Position numbers and translations under genes: made by a program
In this document: piece after piece, positions 1 to 18,773 of the stretch
How the letters are laid out: every line of letters starts with the position of its first letter
Numbering within the stretch: position 1 is the first letter of the stretch
Notes under the pieces: model-generated
Databases searched by the model: none
What the model saw: only the letters and a program-made list of their open reading frames with translations
Told to the model about the DNA's origin: nothing
Assembly: GCA_020137815.1 (NCBI GenBank)
Contig: CM035358.1
Span: 2,604,001-2,668,000 of the forward strand
Length of the DNA: 64,000 bases
Direction: 5' to 3'
From: Hormiphora californensis
Lineage: Eukaryota > Animalia > Ctenophora

Positions 1-573
1 CGATCATCGATCGAAGCCTTCGTAGCTCTGTTCATGAATATATTCGTTACATTCACAAATCAGCGATCCCAAATGATTCCGTGTGTTGGCTCAGTGTAAC
101 AGATCACGCCTTCCCGTAGTAGCCCACATTGAAAAGTAAATATTAGTATGTTCTACTCAGCAGCCTGTTTCACTAACTCTTTTTTTACTTTTTCATCCCC
201 CCGCATTATATTTTCTAACATCATCTTACTTAAACTCTCGCTCTATCTTTCTCTATTTCTCTCCATCTCTCTCTTTCTCTGATCCATCTCTCTTTCTTTT
301 TCTCCTTTACTTCATCGCTATCTTTACACTCTGAGCTTCTCTTTGTACTACCTATTACCCGATCTTTGTTGTGATCGATCCATCTTTCTCTATCTTTCTT
401 TATCTTTCTCTCCTATATCTTACGCTATCTTTTTCTGATCATCAGAAATCCATTTTTGTTCGATTTGGCTTTTCTACATCTCTCCTTGATTTCTCATTGT
501 GCATCTCTCAGTAGTATCTTTGTTGAAAAGTGTATGGAATGTAGTTCGAGAGGGGTGAGGACCAGGCGACTGT

Positions 574-6334
<5,761 letters not shown>

Positions 6335-6427
6335 ACTGATGTTTGACCTGTTCAATACTCACTGTTCAATGAACCGTGTTCTTAAAGTTGTATCCCCGGG
6401 GTCACAAGTTTGGACAAGTTTGGACAT

Positions 6428-6448
6428 TGTCAGGCCAATGCTCTGACA
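6428..6448. mobile_element. 21-bp TGT...ACA micro-insertion with ~10-bp TSD
   Basis: gtttggacat[tgtcaggccaatgctctgaca]gtttggacag; other copies at 2725, 11986, 13369, 53251. Confidence 0.6.
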
Positions 6449-7885
6449 GTTTGGACAGGTTTGTGGTCCATTGACCCGGTTATGGTGTTACTTGAATACT
6501 TGACTTCTATGGTATTAAAAAACTGAGGATAGGGGCGGTGGGAATGACTGTTTTACTTGTTAGTCATTAGGGACAAGTGTTTTTTCGTTCATTTCTTGTT
6601 GATTTTTCAAAACTTCCCGCAGCCAGCAACATTAGGACATTCTTTTAGGTTTGTTTTATACAATTTCCAATTGACACATCATTTTGACATTTTGTTAATT
6701 GAATTTTCATCTTAAATATGTTTGAAACTAGTAACACTACATTTGAAAACTGCGGATGATGCGTGCCACTTTGTTGAAATTCATGATCGGCCAATGTGTC
6801 GGACGTCGGTGCCGCCAGACAGATACTAAGGGTGCCCCTCAAGCAGAGTGCAGGCGTTTCAGTGGCAACCCCAGTCCCCAACCCCCAATTATCGCAAAAT
6901 TTATGAAGTTTTTGCGATAATTTTAGCAATCTCACGACGTTTGAGGAGTTGGCATAAGTTTACGCTACAGTGCACTGTGCCTTCCAATTTGAGGACCCCT
7001 CAATGAGAATTGAGAAGTGAAAACAGAAAAATCAAAAAAGTCAGGGTAGAAAATTTAAAATTTGAGTTCATCTTTTAAATCTGTTTTCCACATGTAATGC
7101 GCGCCGCGTTTTCTATGTAACACGCGGAAGTTTGCATTGTTCGTTGCCGCGTTGTCGTGTGGAGTTGCGCGGCGTTCGTCGAATCCCAAAAATTTTTACG
7201 AGATTTTTGGTGAATTTTTTACAAATTTTCACTTTTCGCTCGTTTTCGTCTACTTTTGTCTATTTCAACTGTTCAGACCTTGAAAAGCTCTGCCTTATTG
7301 CAATAGGGTCAGCAGTTATTCTTGTTACGCTTAGAAAAAGCATATTGTATCACTTTCAGACCTCAATTCTCAATTGAGTTTTTTAACGTTTGTTCCTCAG
7401 CCGAAAATATTGAGAAAAGTGCTACTCTTCTATGGAACCACAATCCAGTGGCTACACCACTGCCTCGCCCCAGCTACACTCGAGGGCAAGATGTGAGAGT
7501 ATCTCTAACTCAGCATAGCTGCTCCTTCACAAGTTGACTAAATGTGGGAAGTTGGAAGTTACATATGTTTTCAAGTTGAGTGCGATGGGTCGGTGGTGGA
7601 ATCGGTAAAAAAATATGTTTCTACTTCCCAATATCCATACGGCTATTCACTTTCGTAATAATCAAATTCCCCCTGGCTCACGTGGTTCTCCCAGCACACG
7701 TGGTTTGTATTCCCTTGGTAATGGACTAATTCTACCATCTGCACACCTTGTCCTCCTTCTCCTCCTTACGACAGTTGACAACACGACACAACACGTTGTA
7801 GTGTCTGACATTAATTAGGATATTCTTCCCTCTGTCACATCTCACTGTTCTTTGTTCGTTGTGTACTGTGTGTAAAACTGTCCTC

Positions 7886-10800
7886 ATGGGTAAACCAAAA
7901 ACTCCTGCATCTATCCATGGTAAGTTGTTGTTTTGATCAGATTGTCAAACTGTATCAAATGCTAACCCCTCCATTTAATCTGCTACTGATTCACCATGTG
8001 GGGCCGCAGAATCAAAACGGGCACTGATATGCACCGAACTAGAACTGTCCGCAAATTGTTTGCAATATATCTCTTCTGTGTTATAGGTATGGCAAAAAGG
8101 GGGAACGTGTTAATCGGACTTGTAAACACTGAAGACCAGTTTAAACAGTCCATTGCTAAACCCTGTCTTACCTTGTTCGATGTATTTACAGCGTGCTGGG
8201 GACCATGTACCGCCATTCAGCCAACTTTCAAGTTAGTACCACGGGGCACTTGTTATCAAGGGCCCTAGACGAGTTTTATTGTACAGTTATATAGCTTGGC
8301 GAACGTTATCGAATAACAAGTAATTCCTTTTGTTTTATATTCAGACTTCTTTTTATTACCCGTGAGGATTGCACGGAAACACGGATCGAGCAAGGCAAGT
8401 AATTCTCTTTTCAATCCCTTTCATCCCTCTCAGACAACTGCAGATGGAGTTTGGAGATGACCTAAACATACAGCTGGCAGTTGCAGACTCCATTCCCGAT
8501 CTGTCCCAGTTCTACGGGACATCGCAACCCATGTTCCTTGTGTATAACAAGGGCATCCCTGTGGCTATGATGCAGGGTGTCAGTCAACCGAAACTACTCG
8601 CTCTTGTTAGGGTAAGATACTGCTATCCATATCTCTTTCTCTCTCTCGCTCTCTCCTCCATCTCAAGCTCACCCTCAATATTTCTCTTATTCTTACTAAA
8701 TTCTTGCAACAATTTCAGAAAGCCCAGGCAGAAGCGAAAGAAAACAAAACTCCAGTGAACATCTTTGAAGATGCAACCCCAGAAGAGGTTTGTAATTGTT
8801 GGCTCCCCCTTACAACCCCTTGTTTTGTTCGAACAGGGTCGACAAGTGGCACTAGCGACCTAAATTTACTTTTTCAAAATCAAATATTTTCAGGAGGCAC
8901 TAGCGAGATCAATGTCCCGGACATCCCAGACTTCCACGGCTTCAGAACTAACAGAGTTCACTCTGGCCCTGATTAAACCAGACGCAGTGAGAGATGGACA
9001 TGTGGATGAAATTATTACGGGGCTCAACGAAAATGGTGAAATGATGACACTCTGCTGGAAGAGGTGTTATTTGTAGAACTCGTGGGTCCCTTGAAATAGT
9101 GGAGCACAAAGCGACTTTCCAAATTATTATCCCTCCCCCCTCAGGTTTGATGGTTGTTAGTCGAGCGGAGCACACCATGACTGCTGAAGAGGTTGCCCAG
9201 TTTTATCCGCAGCACACGGGAGAGAATTATTTCCTAGATCTGGTTGATTACATGACATCGGGTCCATCAATCGCACTTGTTCTTGCCAAGATCACACCAG
9301 GTATATGTAATGTTTATGCTTTCTCTCCCTAGGGATCTCTTTCATGATGCGGAATTAAGAATACCACAATTCTGTTTGAGATGATGTTATCGAAATCTAA
9401 ATTTTGGAGAAGGTTAGTGTAACCTTACCATTTTCGAAACATATGAATCCTCCTCTCAGACGAGAGACCAGTAACAGACATCCTAAAGGACCTCAGGGGA
9501 CCTAAAGACGTGGTCTGTGCCAAACAGGAGCGACCTGACTGTCTTCGGGCCCGATTTGGGAGACAAACCTCTAAGGGAGTGGAAAACGTCATTCACTCGA
9601 GTGATAACCAGGTACAGTCAACACGTGCTAGTCCCCTGTGTAAAGACCTACAGCGTTATAGTCTAAACGTTAGACATTTTAGAAGCAAACCGCACTGCAG
9701 GGTCTTGATGCAATGATACTAATAATATTGGGTCGTCTTTTTCAAGTTTTCTAGCACTCCTGCTACTGGTAGATGCTGTATGTATTTGTGAGGCTGGGTC
9801 TGGCTATAAAATGTATCTCATTAGACTATAGCGTGGACCCCCTACCGAGATGCACAACTAATCGGTCAAAGCATGATATGATAGAGAGAGGGTGGGGATA
9901 GAGAGAGGGTGGGTAGAAATATAGGAGAGAGAGAGAGAGAGAATGCATCCAAAGCTAATGATAATTTGAAGCTTGGCGGAGGGCATTCATAATCTGGCAG
10001 TAGTCGTGGTCTCAACGACACATAAACTTTTATGTTTTAAAACGTCAAACGGAACAAAACAGCCAAATTATAGAACATTTTTATTCGCAAAATGGGTACT
10101 AAAAACATTAAGTAACCCCCTATTTTATTTTAGGATGTTGCGGCGAAGGAGTTGGCGTTCTTCTTCCCTGATTTTCACAATGAAACTGCAGGAATGGAAC
10201 GAACCCTGTGTGTTATTCGACCCGATACCTGCAGACAATTTAAAGTGAGGGAGGAGAGAGAGGCAGAGACTCAGTCTGAGACCTTGAGCCTAATACCGAG
10301 ACCGAGAGAAGAAGAGACTAAGAGAGAGCTTGTGTTGTTCGTTTACTTCCTTGGTCCCTATCATCACCCTGTTCTATCCCACTTCCCTGATTTCAGGAAA
10401 AGATTTTAGCAACAATAGAAGAGTTGGGTTTCAAGATAGCTCTCCGTCGAGAATTCATTATGAGTCGTGCAATGGCTGAGACTTTCTACAGAAAGCAAAG
10501 TGGTGAACCCTTCTTCAACTCTCTTGTTGAGGAGATGATTAGTGGACCTAGTTTAGTGCTGGCTTTGTGCAGCAAAAACGCAGTCCAGGTAAAACCTAGT
10601 TTAGTGCTGGCTTTGTGCAATAAAAACGCAGTCCAGGTACCGTAATAGTCATCCCAACTCCCAGTATGTTTAGATTTTACATCAAACTTTGTGCTAACTT
10701 GTTAAACTAACCCCTGATCCCCTAGTCCCCCTCACCAGGCCTGGAGGAACTACCTTGGACCCAAGATAATAGCAGAGGCCAGGGAATCCGCCCCTGAATC

Positions 10801-13495
10801 AATGAGGGCCCAGTTTGCTACTGATGAGGCCTCTGTGAACGGTCTGCACGGCAGTGCTACTGCAGAGGAGGCCGTTGAGGAACTGAACTTCTTTTTCCCA
10901 CGGGTAGGTAGGGTTAGAAGTTGGTCTTGCATAACCCCTGATAGAATTGGCAGCTGTAGCCGGCTCTCTGCTCAAGCCTGGAAGGATTCATTTCAAACCA
11001 CTGAACCAGTTCTCTTGTTTTAGACCTGTGAGAGTCTGTCCACTAAAAACAGCCCCCTTTCCTCTCTGTTACGGGTTCCACATGGTTTCAGGAACAAACA
11101 GTAGCAGTGATTAAGCCGGAGATGCAGGATTGTAAAAGCGAGATTATGGAGAGAATCAGGGAGGCTGGAATTGTTGTTCAAGCAGAGAAAACAGTTACAC
11201 TTTCTCGAGATGAGGCTGGGTCTTTTTATAGTGAGCACAAGGAGAAGGAATTCTATGGGGACCTCTGTGACTACATGGCCAGGTTCGTTGGGTCAAATTT
11301 GGAATTTGGGCGTGACCCGATTGGATGCTCGATCGGTCCCAGTTGTTGTCGCTAAAACGCCGATTTTGGAATGCGCGCCGCGCGATGTCTTACTAAAGTA
11401 CATAGTTGTCATGGCTGACCAGAGCAGAAACCGCGCTTTCATTTGACACATTTTACATTCCCTGCAATATTTCTTTCCAATTCTATTCAATTTGACATTT
11501 TAACTTTCAGTGGTGAATCTTCCTTCCTGGTTTTGTCGTCAAGTAATGCCGTTGAGAAATGGAGGGCCATCATGGGACCTACAGACCCAAACGAGGCAAA
11601 GGAAAAAGCTCCCACCTCACTCAGATCTAAACTTGGTAATCCAACCCTTTATTTCTCTGTCGGTTACCAGTGTTTGCATCACTTCAGAGGTGTCTACAGT
11701 GCAGCAGTCATACCCATCTGCAGATATAAAATAGAACTGTGAAACAACTTCCATAATTACCCCCGGCCCACCCTCTTCCCCCAGGCAAGGACGTCCTGAA
11801 GAATGGTCTCCACGGCAGTTCCTCTGTCCAACATGCCATGGAGTCCATAGAGATGATATTTGGGGAGAGCATGAGCATAAGAACCAGTAAAACATCTACA
11901 GACGATGGAACAATGCATGCTGTGTCTTCTCAGGTTGGTTCTTCTTCGTTTTCCGCTTTATATTTGTGTAGTTTAGTGTGTACCCTGTCAGAGCATTGAC
12001 CTGACAGTGTGTACCCGACCCTCCTTCTATTTCTATAAGATAATGTACATTAGATAATCTCTGTAAGAGCTAGTACAGTGTTTACTGTTTAACCACCTTT
12101 GTTTCACAGGAACAGAACAAGGAAGCTGAAGGGTCAATTGAACCTCCTGTAACTGGTCAGATCGCAGAGTCTCCTTCCCGTGAGGAGACATCTGGTAATG
12201 AGGAGGCGGGTGAGACATCTGCTAACGTTGAGGGGGAGGTACAACCTAATGTTGCTGAAGGTGAAGTGCAAGCTAATGAGGAGAGTGAGGAACAACGTAA
12301 TGTTGAGGACGGGGAGGTACAACCTACTGGGCAGGAGGAAGAGGTTGCTGGTGGTGAACCCGCTGAAGGGGAGACTGAACAAGAAGTAGAGGTACAGCAG
12401 AGTGAGGTTGTTGCTCAAGAAGAAGGAGATGTTAATGAGGAAGGTGAACAGGTAAATGAAGAACAGCCAGCTGGTGATGGTGATGGTGATGGTGACCAGG
12501 AAAAGGTACAAGATGAGGACATGCCATTACCTGAGGATGTGAAACAAGATCTGGAGAATGGACTGGAGATGTCTAATCCGCATGTTAGTACCCCCTCTCT
12601 CTCTTAGTACCCTGTTACCTCCCCCTCACTATCCACATGTTAGTATTACCCTCCCACATGTTAGTACCCCTTCTTACCCACATTTTAATCCCCTAGTGTT
12701 ACCACTCCATCTCCATATCCACAAATTTTTTGTCAGGCACTGACTGTAAATCGCGCAACCCGGTGCGAAGTTCCCTCACTAACTGCACTCCCTCCCTGTA
12801 TTTAGCTATCAGAGGGTTTATCACCGATTAGTGAGGGTCAGGAGGATTACCTACAGGACTCTTTCAATTCCTGTTCATCTACTGTAAAAGGTAGCGTTTA
12901 TTCATTCCATTTTATCCGATAGTGGAATTATACTCAATTGCTCAAATATTCGGCACTGTTAGTGCTTTTGTTAGTGGTCGGGCTTTCCTAACAGTGCCAA
13001 ATATTATATTTTTGACAGCTTACTCAAACCAAACTATTTGACAGAAACAGACGGAGAGATACCAACAGCAACTGCCACCCCGGCTGATCTCACTGGAGAC
13101 GAGGGAGTTGAGGGTGACCAGACTGGGGATGAGGGGGACCATCCCACTGAGGGTGATGTGCCACCAGTTAAGAGTGAGGCTGCTGCACAGGAGGAGGGAG
13201 AAGAAGAACCATCAGCAGTATATAATTTGAATGAAACAGCCAAGGAGACGAAAGAGGATTTTGATTTGGTTGTAGCAACAGAGGAATCGACTGCTGATAA
13301 CACAGGTGCATATATTCAAATTGATCTTTCAGAACATTGGCCCGACCCTATTATCACTTCTTCCAAATAGAGCATTGGCCTGACAGAAGTTGAAGCATCT
13401 TCTTAGTGTCAGCTACGTTTAGTAACAAGTCTTGCTTTTCAGAACCAGTAGCAGAATCTGAACCAGTTCCAGAGGAGGTGTCTGCAGAAAACTGA
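7886..13495 (+). CDS. NME8: Thioredoxin-domain nucleoside diphosphate kinase (NME8/NME9/TXNDC3; sea-urchin dynein IC1-like): Trx + 3 NDK domains + Glu-rich tail
   Basis: Multi-exon. Trx-like DVFTACWGPC..., three NDK repeats (TLALIKPDAV..MTSGP..NVIHSSD; TLCVIRPD..MISGP..NGLHGS; TVAVIKPE..MGPTDP..NGLHGS), acidic exons 12111-13495. Confidence 0.9.
11986..12006. mobile_element. 21-bp TGT...ACA micro-insertion with perfect 10-bp TSD
   Basis: gtgtgtaccc[tgtcagagcattgacctgaca]gtgtgtaccc. Confidence 0.65.
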
Positions 13496-14675
13496 AGAAA
13501 CCCAGCAAACTCACCCCTCTCCCGGGAACAATGTAATGCGACGGCAGGTCTGTCCAACTCCGATTGAAAGGTATGTTTCTGAGTCAAAATAGACTTTTTG
13601 ACGAATATATCTGACCTAGAAAGGACTTGTTTGAGTGTCTGAAAATGAACTGAAATCAAGAAATGACATACCGAAATGTATTTTATCACAATATGATCTG
13701 ACACATACTGTATTTCATTGTGAATTGTGTATAAAATCTCCGTTTAAAGTTTGCATTATGCAAACTGTGTTAATGAGAGACTTCTATGTCTTGTATCTGT
13801 GTGTATTATACCTCTTTTATTTTTCACTGTGAGATAAACTTCGGCTCTTGTGACATCCCGAATACCCACATCCCTTGCCACAGCTCCCCTTACACCATAA
13901 TATTATCAATCACTCCAAAAGCTACCGGCTCTCCAGCAATTTACACAACCCCCCGGCTGCCAAAGATATTATTTCCATCCCCTTTCCATCACACGGCCTT
14001 CTATATTATTGCAATATTGCGGTGGCCAACTCACATGAACCGGGGAGAGAGCGGGAAAATGTGAATAGTTTTTAGAAAGTGTGAGTGTGCACTCGCCTGC
14101 AAATCAAAGGGGTAGTCGTGTTGTAATAGTAGCACGGGCTGTGACTCCGCCACCCTATGCAAAGAGGGGGGGGGAGATGAATGATTCATTGAGATGGGCG
14201 GGACACAGATATTTTCGTGTAAAATGAATAATTTAAAAGTGTACAAGGTAAAAACGTACAGAAGAATTTACAGGTCTACCTAACTATATAAATTTGTTCA
14301 GTGCAGTGAACTGCTATAGATTATTCTACATAAAATAGATCACTACTTATATAATGTCGATATATAAAATCACGATTGTAAATAACCTTGAACTAAGAAA
14401 ACAATAGCTAAACAAACAAGAAGGGTTTTTACGTGTGACAGGTCGTTTGCAACTGAATAGCACAAACAACAACCGCCCCTCTGAAATATATTTCCTTCCA
14501 ACGAACGCACAAACTTCAGAGTTCAAATTATCCTCTGTCAACCTAGTAATCTTCTGAAAGATCTTCAACCCACGTCCTTCCCCAGATCTGAAATTTAGCT
14601 GATCTTGCACTGCTCTGCGATGTTGCTGTGTTACAACAGTGATATACATCTATCCTCTTCCTCCTACTTCACTGT

Positions 14676-15847
14676 TCAAGAGATATGTTGACTCCCAAAC
14701 ACATTCATATTGGCTGGTATCCCCCACTTATCCAACTCCATCCTCTCCCCCAGTTTCTCCTTCATGTGCTCATAATGATTGTACACCATCTTCAAATCAG
14801 CCTCATTGTCCGGCCTGTTCTCCTCCTGTTTGATGTCCACAACTCCACCCTGCTCCACAATGTGGTGGTGGAGATTCACAGCGGTGGAGGATGACGTCAC
14901 TTCGTGGTCTTCTTTGTCCCCGGTGGTTGAGGTGGCGGTGAGGCGGCTCTGTTTCCTCCACTTGGCACGACGGTTTTGGAACCATACCTGGATACGGGCT
15001 TCCGGTACTCCCAACCTGGAGGAGAGAGGGGGAGGTTTAGGATAAATGAGGGGGATAAGGAGAAGAGAAATATTTAGAGGTTTCAGGTAGTGGAGGGTGG
15101 AGAAGAGGGAAGTTTAGATATTCGTCCCAACCAATACCATACACAATACGGGCATGAGTCATGGCTTAGTAGAGGGAGTTAGTTGGGTGGATGGGAGATA
15201 TTTACATCCAACTGGAAAAGGGGGAAATAAAAATAGTAACTGACACAATTACATGCAGGTAGAATCTTGAAGGTGATAGGGCACACATACAGATTTGGAA
15301 ATGATTATTTTAACTCAAACTGCATTTCGGAGAATAGGAAAGAATCAGAGTCAGCAAGGGGCCGGGGGACATTATATAATTCAGAATCAGCCACTAAATA
15401 TAAATGATATGAAAGATTCAGCAGCTATAAATACCTGAGTGCTAGTTCTTCTCGTGTGAAGATATCTGGATACTTCGACTTCCCGAACACCATTTCCAGT
15501 TCATTCAGCTGTATTGCACTGTAGTTCGTCCTATTCCTTCTCTGTTTCCTCGCACCACCCGAATAAGATGGATAATGCAGAGTCTCAGTAGGTAGACGAT
15601 ACCCTCCCGCTCCAATAGCAGCTGGGTGGATGGGAGGCAGGAGAGATAACCTAGCGTGGCCCACTGGGGAGGTAAACTCCACTGGTGACTGCTGGAAGTA
15701 GGGGAGGAGGTTTGATGCTGTGGTGAATGCAGAGTGGTCTGCAACTGATACAGATGATGGTCCAGTAGTTGTTATAGATGCAGCTGTTGTAGAGGAGGGA
15801 GAGCCGGAAGTCGATACAAGACTATTGAAGAATTCAGGGAACGACAT
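14676..15847 (-). CDS. Paired-class (Q50) homeobox transcription factor, aristaless/Drgx/Phox2-like
   Basis: Exons 15847-15435 and 15015-14676; homeodomain [39 protein letters not shown]|[21 protein letters not shown]. Confidence 0.95.
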
Positions 15848-16064
15848 ACTCAGCTAGGGTCTAGCTATGGAGGAGGGGGATTGGGTAATCAAATCAATTC
15901 AAACAGGGTGCTAAAAACACGACAAGCAGAACTACAGAGCTAGCAAAATTGGGAAGCTTTATATATATGTACCTCCGGTCTTATTCACACAATAGTGAGC
16001 AGAGAGATGATACGAGCTATGTAAACAAGTAATAGGAGCTTACCCCTCATCTCTCCAACCCCTC

Positions 16065-16065
<1 letters not shown>

Positions 16066-16160
<95 letters not shown>
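16066..16160. repeat. (CT)n microsatellite
   Basis: direct reading. Confidence 0.95.
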
Positions 16161-16163
<3 letters not shown>

Positions 16164-16902
16164 ATAGCGGTGAGATAGTTTACCCAATCCGGACACCCCG
16201 CCCGTGTCACCTGACCTATCTCAGATCGTGAGCGAGATCAGAAACGAGAGTTAGGGAGAGTGAGAGTGAGAGAGAGAGAAAAGCAATGAAAGGTGGGATG
16301 TGTGTGTAGGTGTGTGTTAGAGTGATTGATTGGGTGTGAGTGACTGAACATGATTAGGAGTCCTAATAGGGCAAAGTATAGATCTAGAAACGAAGGTACA
16401 ATCTAGAAAAAGAAGGTTACAAGGTTCCTCCTAGTTAAGGTTTGTGTGGCGACACGGGCACTGACATCACGTGACATGCTCCTGACACGTGAGAAAGGTC
16501 GGGTTTCCGTCCACAATATACCCAAACACCCGAGCAAATCGAATATTTGTGTGACTTTCTTCCACGGGCCGGGTGATGACAAAACCAGGGGGCATCTACG
16601 ACAAGGGGAGAGATAGCTCTTATGTTAGGGAGAGAATACCGCTCTCTGTTATAATATAATGATTATGATTCATTGGGGGTAATTGACAGCGAGATAGAGG
16701 AGAGCTGTTCCACCTGACCAATCAGGCCCTTTTCATAACACTTTCACCCTCCAACCACCACATTTTCACTCCCCGGACCCACATTTTCGCCCGCCAGACC
16801 CCATTTCCATAATCCCCAGACCAACCTAAAATCCACCAATTTTAATTTGAAACTAATCAATATGCCTGTTAATTAGCGTATGTGATTAAGACTGCAGCTG
16901 TA

Positions 16903-17659
16903 ATGGGGAAAAGAAGGAAACTTCCTGCAAAGAAATCAGGTACGTTCATTTTCACTCATTCTGATACTATCGTTTATCGTTGTGAAACAAAATGGGAAAA
17001 GAGCTATCAGTGATAGCTCTTTTCCCGTTTTGTTTCATAGACCGATCGTGTAGAACCCGGAAAATGATCCTTTAAATCCCCCTCTTCCCAAAAGTAGCCC
17101 ACTTTTCCTTTCAGAGAGCACCGAGAAGAAGAGGAAGATATCGGAGGAGGTGGAAAGTGTTCAACAGGAAGCACCCAAAAGTAGGGATCAGGATGACGTC
17201 ACCACTACCTCTGATGACGTCACTACTGATAATGTAGCTGAACTTCCGATAAACTCTGGGGAGGAGGGAAGTGAAGCTAAATCAGTTAGTGAGTGTTCAG
17301 GTTCTTGTTATTCGGAAACTGTGTTGTGTTGTTGTATAACTATAATACTACTGCAGTGAACAGTGAACACATTGATCCCAGTTCCTAGTAGTGCAGTAAT
17401 ACAGCTGCAGATAACAACTTCTTTCTTCTCAGATGATCGAGCAGATGATATTGACGACAGTTTCAAAGAGGGAACAGATGATATTGACAGTATCCAAGAA
17501 GGGGAAGATGACACTCATGTTTCCGAGCAATTTGGAAAGACTATGGCGAGGATGACTCAACTGAATAAAGATATTGATCAAGTGTATGAGTATCTGACTT
17601 TTTGGAAAAAGAAATATGACTCAGTAAGAAAGAGTCATACGAGTGCTATGAAAATTTGA
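16903..17659 (+). CDS. Small orphan protein (~145 aa): basic N-terminus, acidic middle, helical C-terminus; copy 1
   Basis: Exons 16903-16939 (MGKRRKLPAKKS), 17115-17288, 17433-17659, phase-compatible GT-AG; conserved in the tandem copy. Confidence 0.65.
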
Positions 17660-18070
17660 AGGGACCGGTGTCAACTTCAAGAGTTCAAGGTATTTTTGTG
17701 AGTGTGAACTCTCGTCGACCGTCGTTCCTTGTTGAGTACTCAACAAGTCGTTCCTGTGTTGTAGTTGTACCCCGCTCTATGACCCTACAAGTTCGAAGCC
17801 TCCTCTTTTTCTTGGTTTGCATAAGTTTTATTCCCGTTTTATTTAAAAATTCATCATTGCCCATGCTGTAATTCATTTGTAAATGTAATGACTTGTAATG
17901 TTTGGTATTTCAGTTTCAGTTTCAAATTGAAATGGAAAGAGTTGTTTATTGTTTATTACGTGGGTATGATATATATGTTGGTTACGAAGTCACCCCTATT
18001 TTTTTTTTTTTTTTTTTTTTTCGTGTCTTCATCGTTCCTATATCTGTCACCCCCCACCTCATCATGTGAA

Positions 18071-18611
18071 CCCTGTCAGGCAATTGCCTGACCCTATTTG
18101 CTTCAATCACGAAGGCAGGTCAGGCGGGCTAAGTCTGACAGCGTCTATACAACATACATATGAGGTGGAGTTTGACGGATATCATCTCTGCAGCCATCCA
18201 GTTGAAACCGGTATTAGGCAGCGGATTACGGGGGCCCGGATGAATCGCCCATACCAATCCCCCATACCGAGTGCCCGTACCTGACGTTTGCGCATTGAAA
18301 TTGTGTACTTTAGCGCGTAGCACGCGCAAAAAAACTCCGCGCGGCGTGCGCGCCACACACATTTCTGCTCAGAAAAAAATCGATCAAAAAAAGTTTTTCA
18401 GGGTCAACTTTTCACGTTTTGGCTCATAACTTCTCTTCCTGATAAGATAAAGACTTCAAACCTTCACCATTCGATGGGGCTTCAAATTTACTTTCCAACG
18501 GTACCCAAACGAACTCTGTAGCTTATCAGGAACCGGAGATATGACCAATTATGATAATAACAAGGGGCACCAAAGCGGTTTATTGACATAATTGGTCATA
18601 TCTCCGGTTCT
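18071..18611. mobile_element. Truncated MITE-like insertion between the tandem gene copies
   Basis: 24-bp inverted pair gaaccggagatatgaccaattatg / cataattggtcatatctccggttc (18531-18610); begins with a tgtcaggcaattgcctgac palindrome. Confidence 0.4.
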
Positions 18612-18773
18612 GATGACTCGAGTCCGTTGGATTTCCCCCCACCCCTTTTCCCCCTCCCACCCCACTTTTTACCCCCCGCCCAAATTCTCCTAAATCCCCA
18701 GACCCCCCCCCCCGACCCCCCAAATCCCAATAAATGGGGTTTAAAAATGCGTTTTTGGATTAAGCTGGGGGTA

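Noticed and set aside
6500-7500. MITE-like AT-rich stretch with gcgcg motifs between Rho and NME8
   Set aside because: No convincing TIR pair or TSD identified by eye
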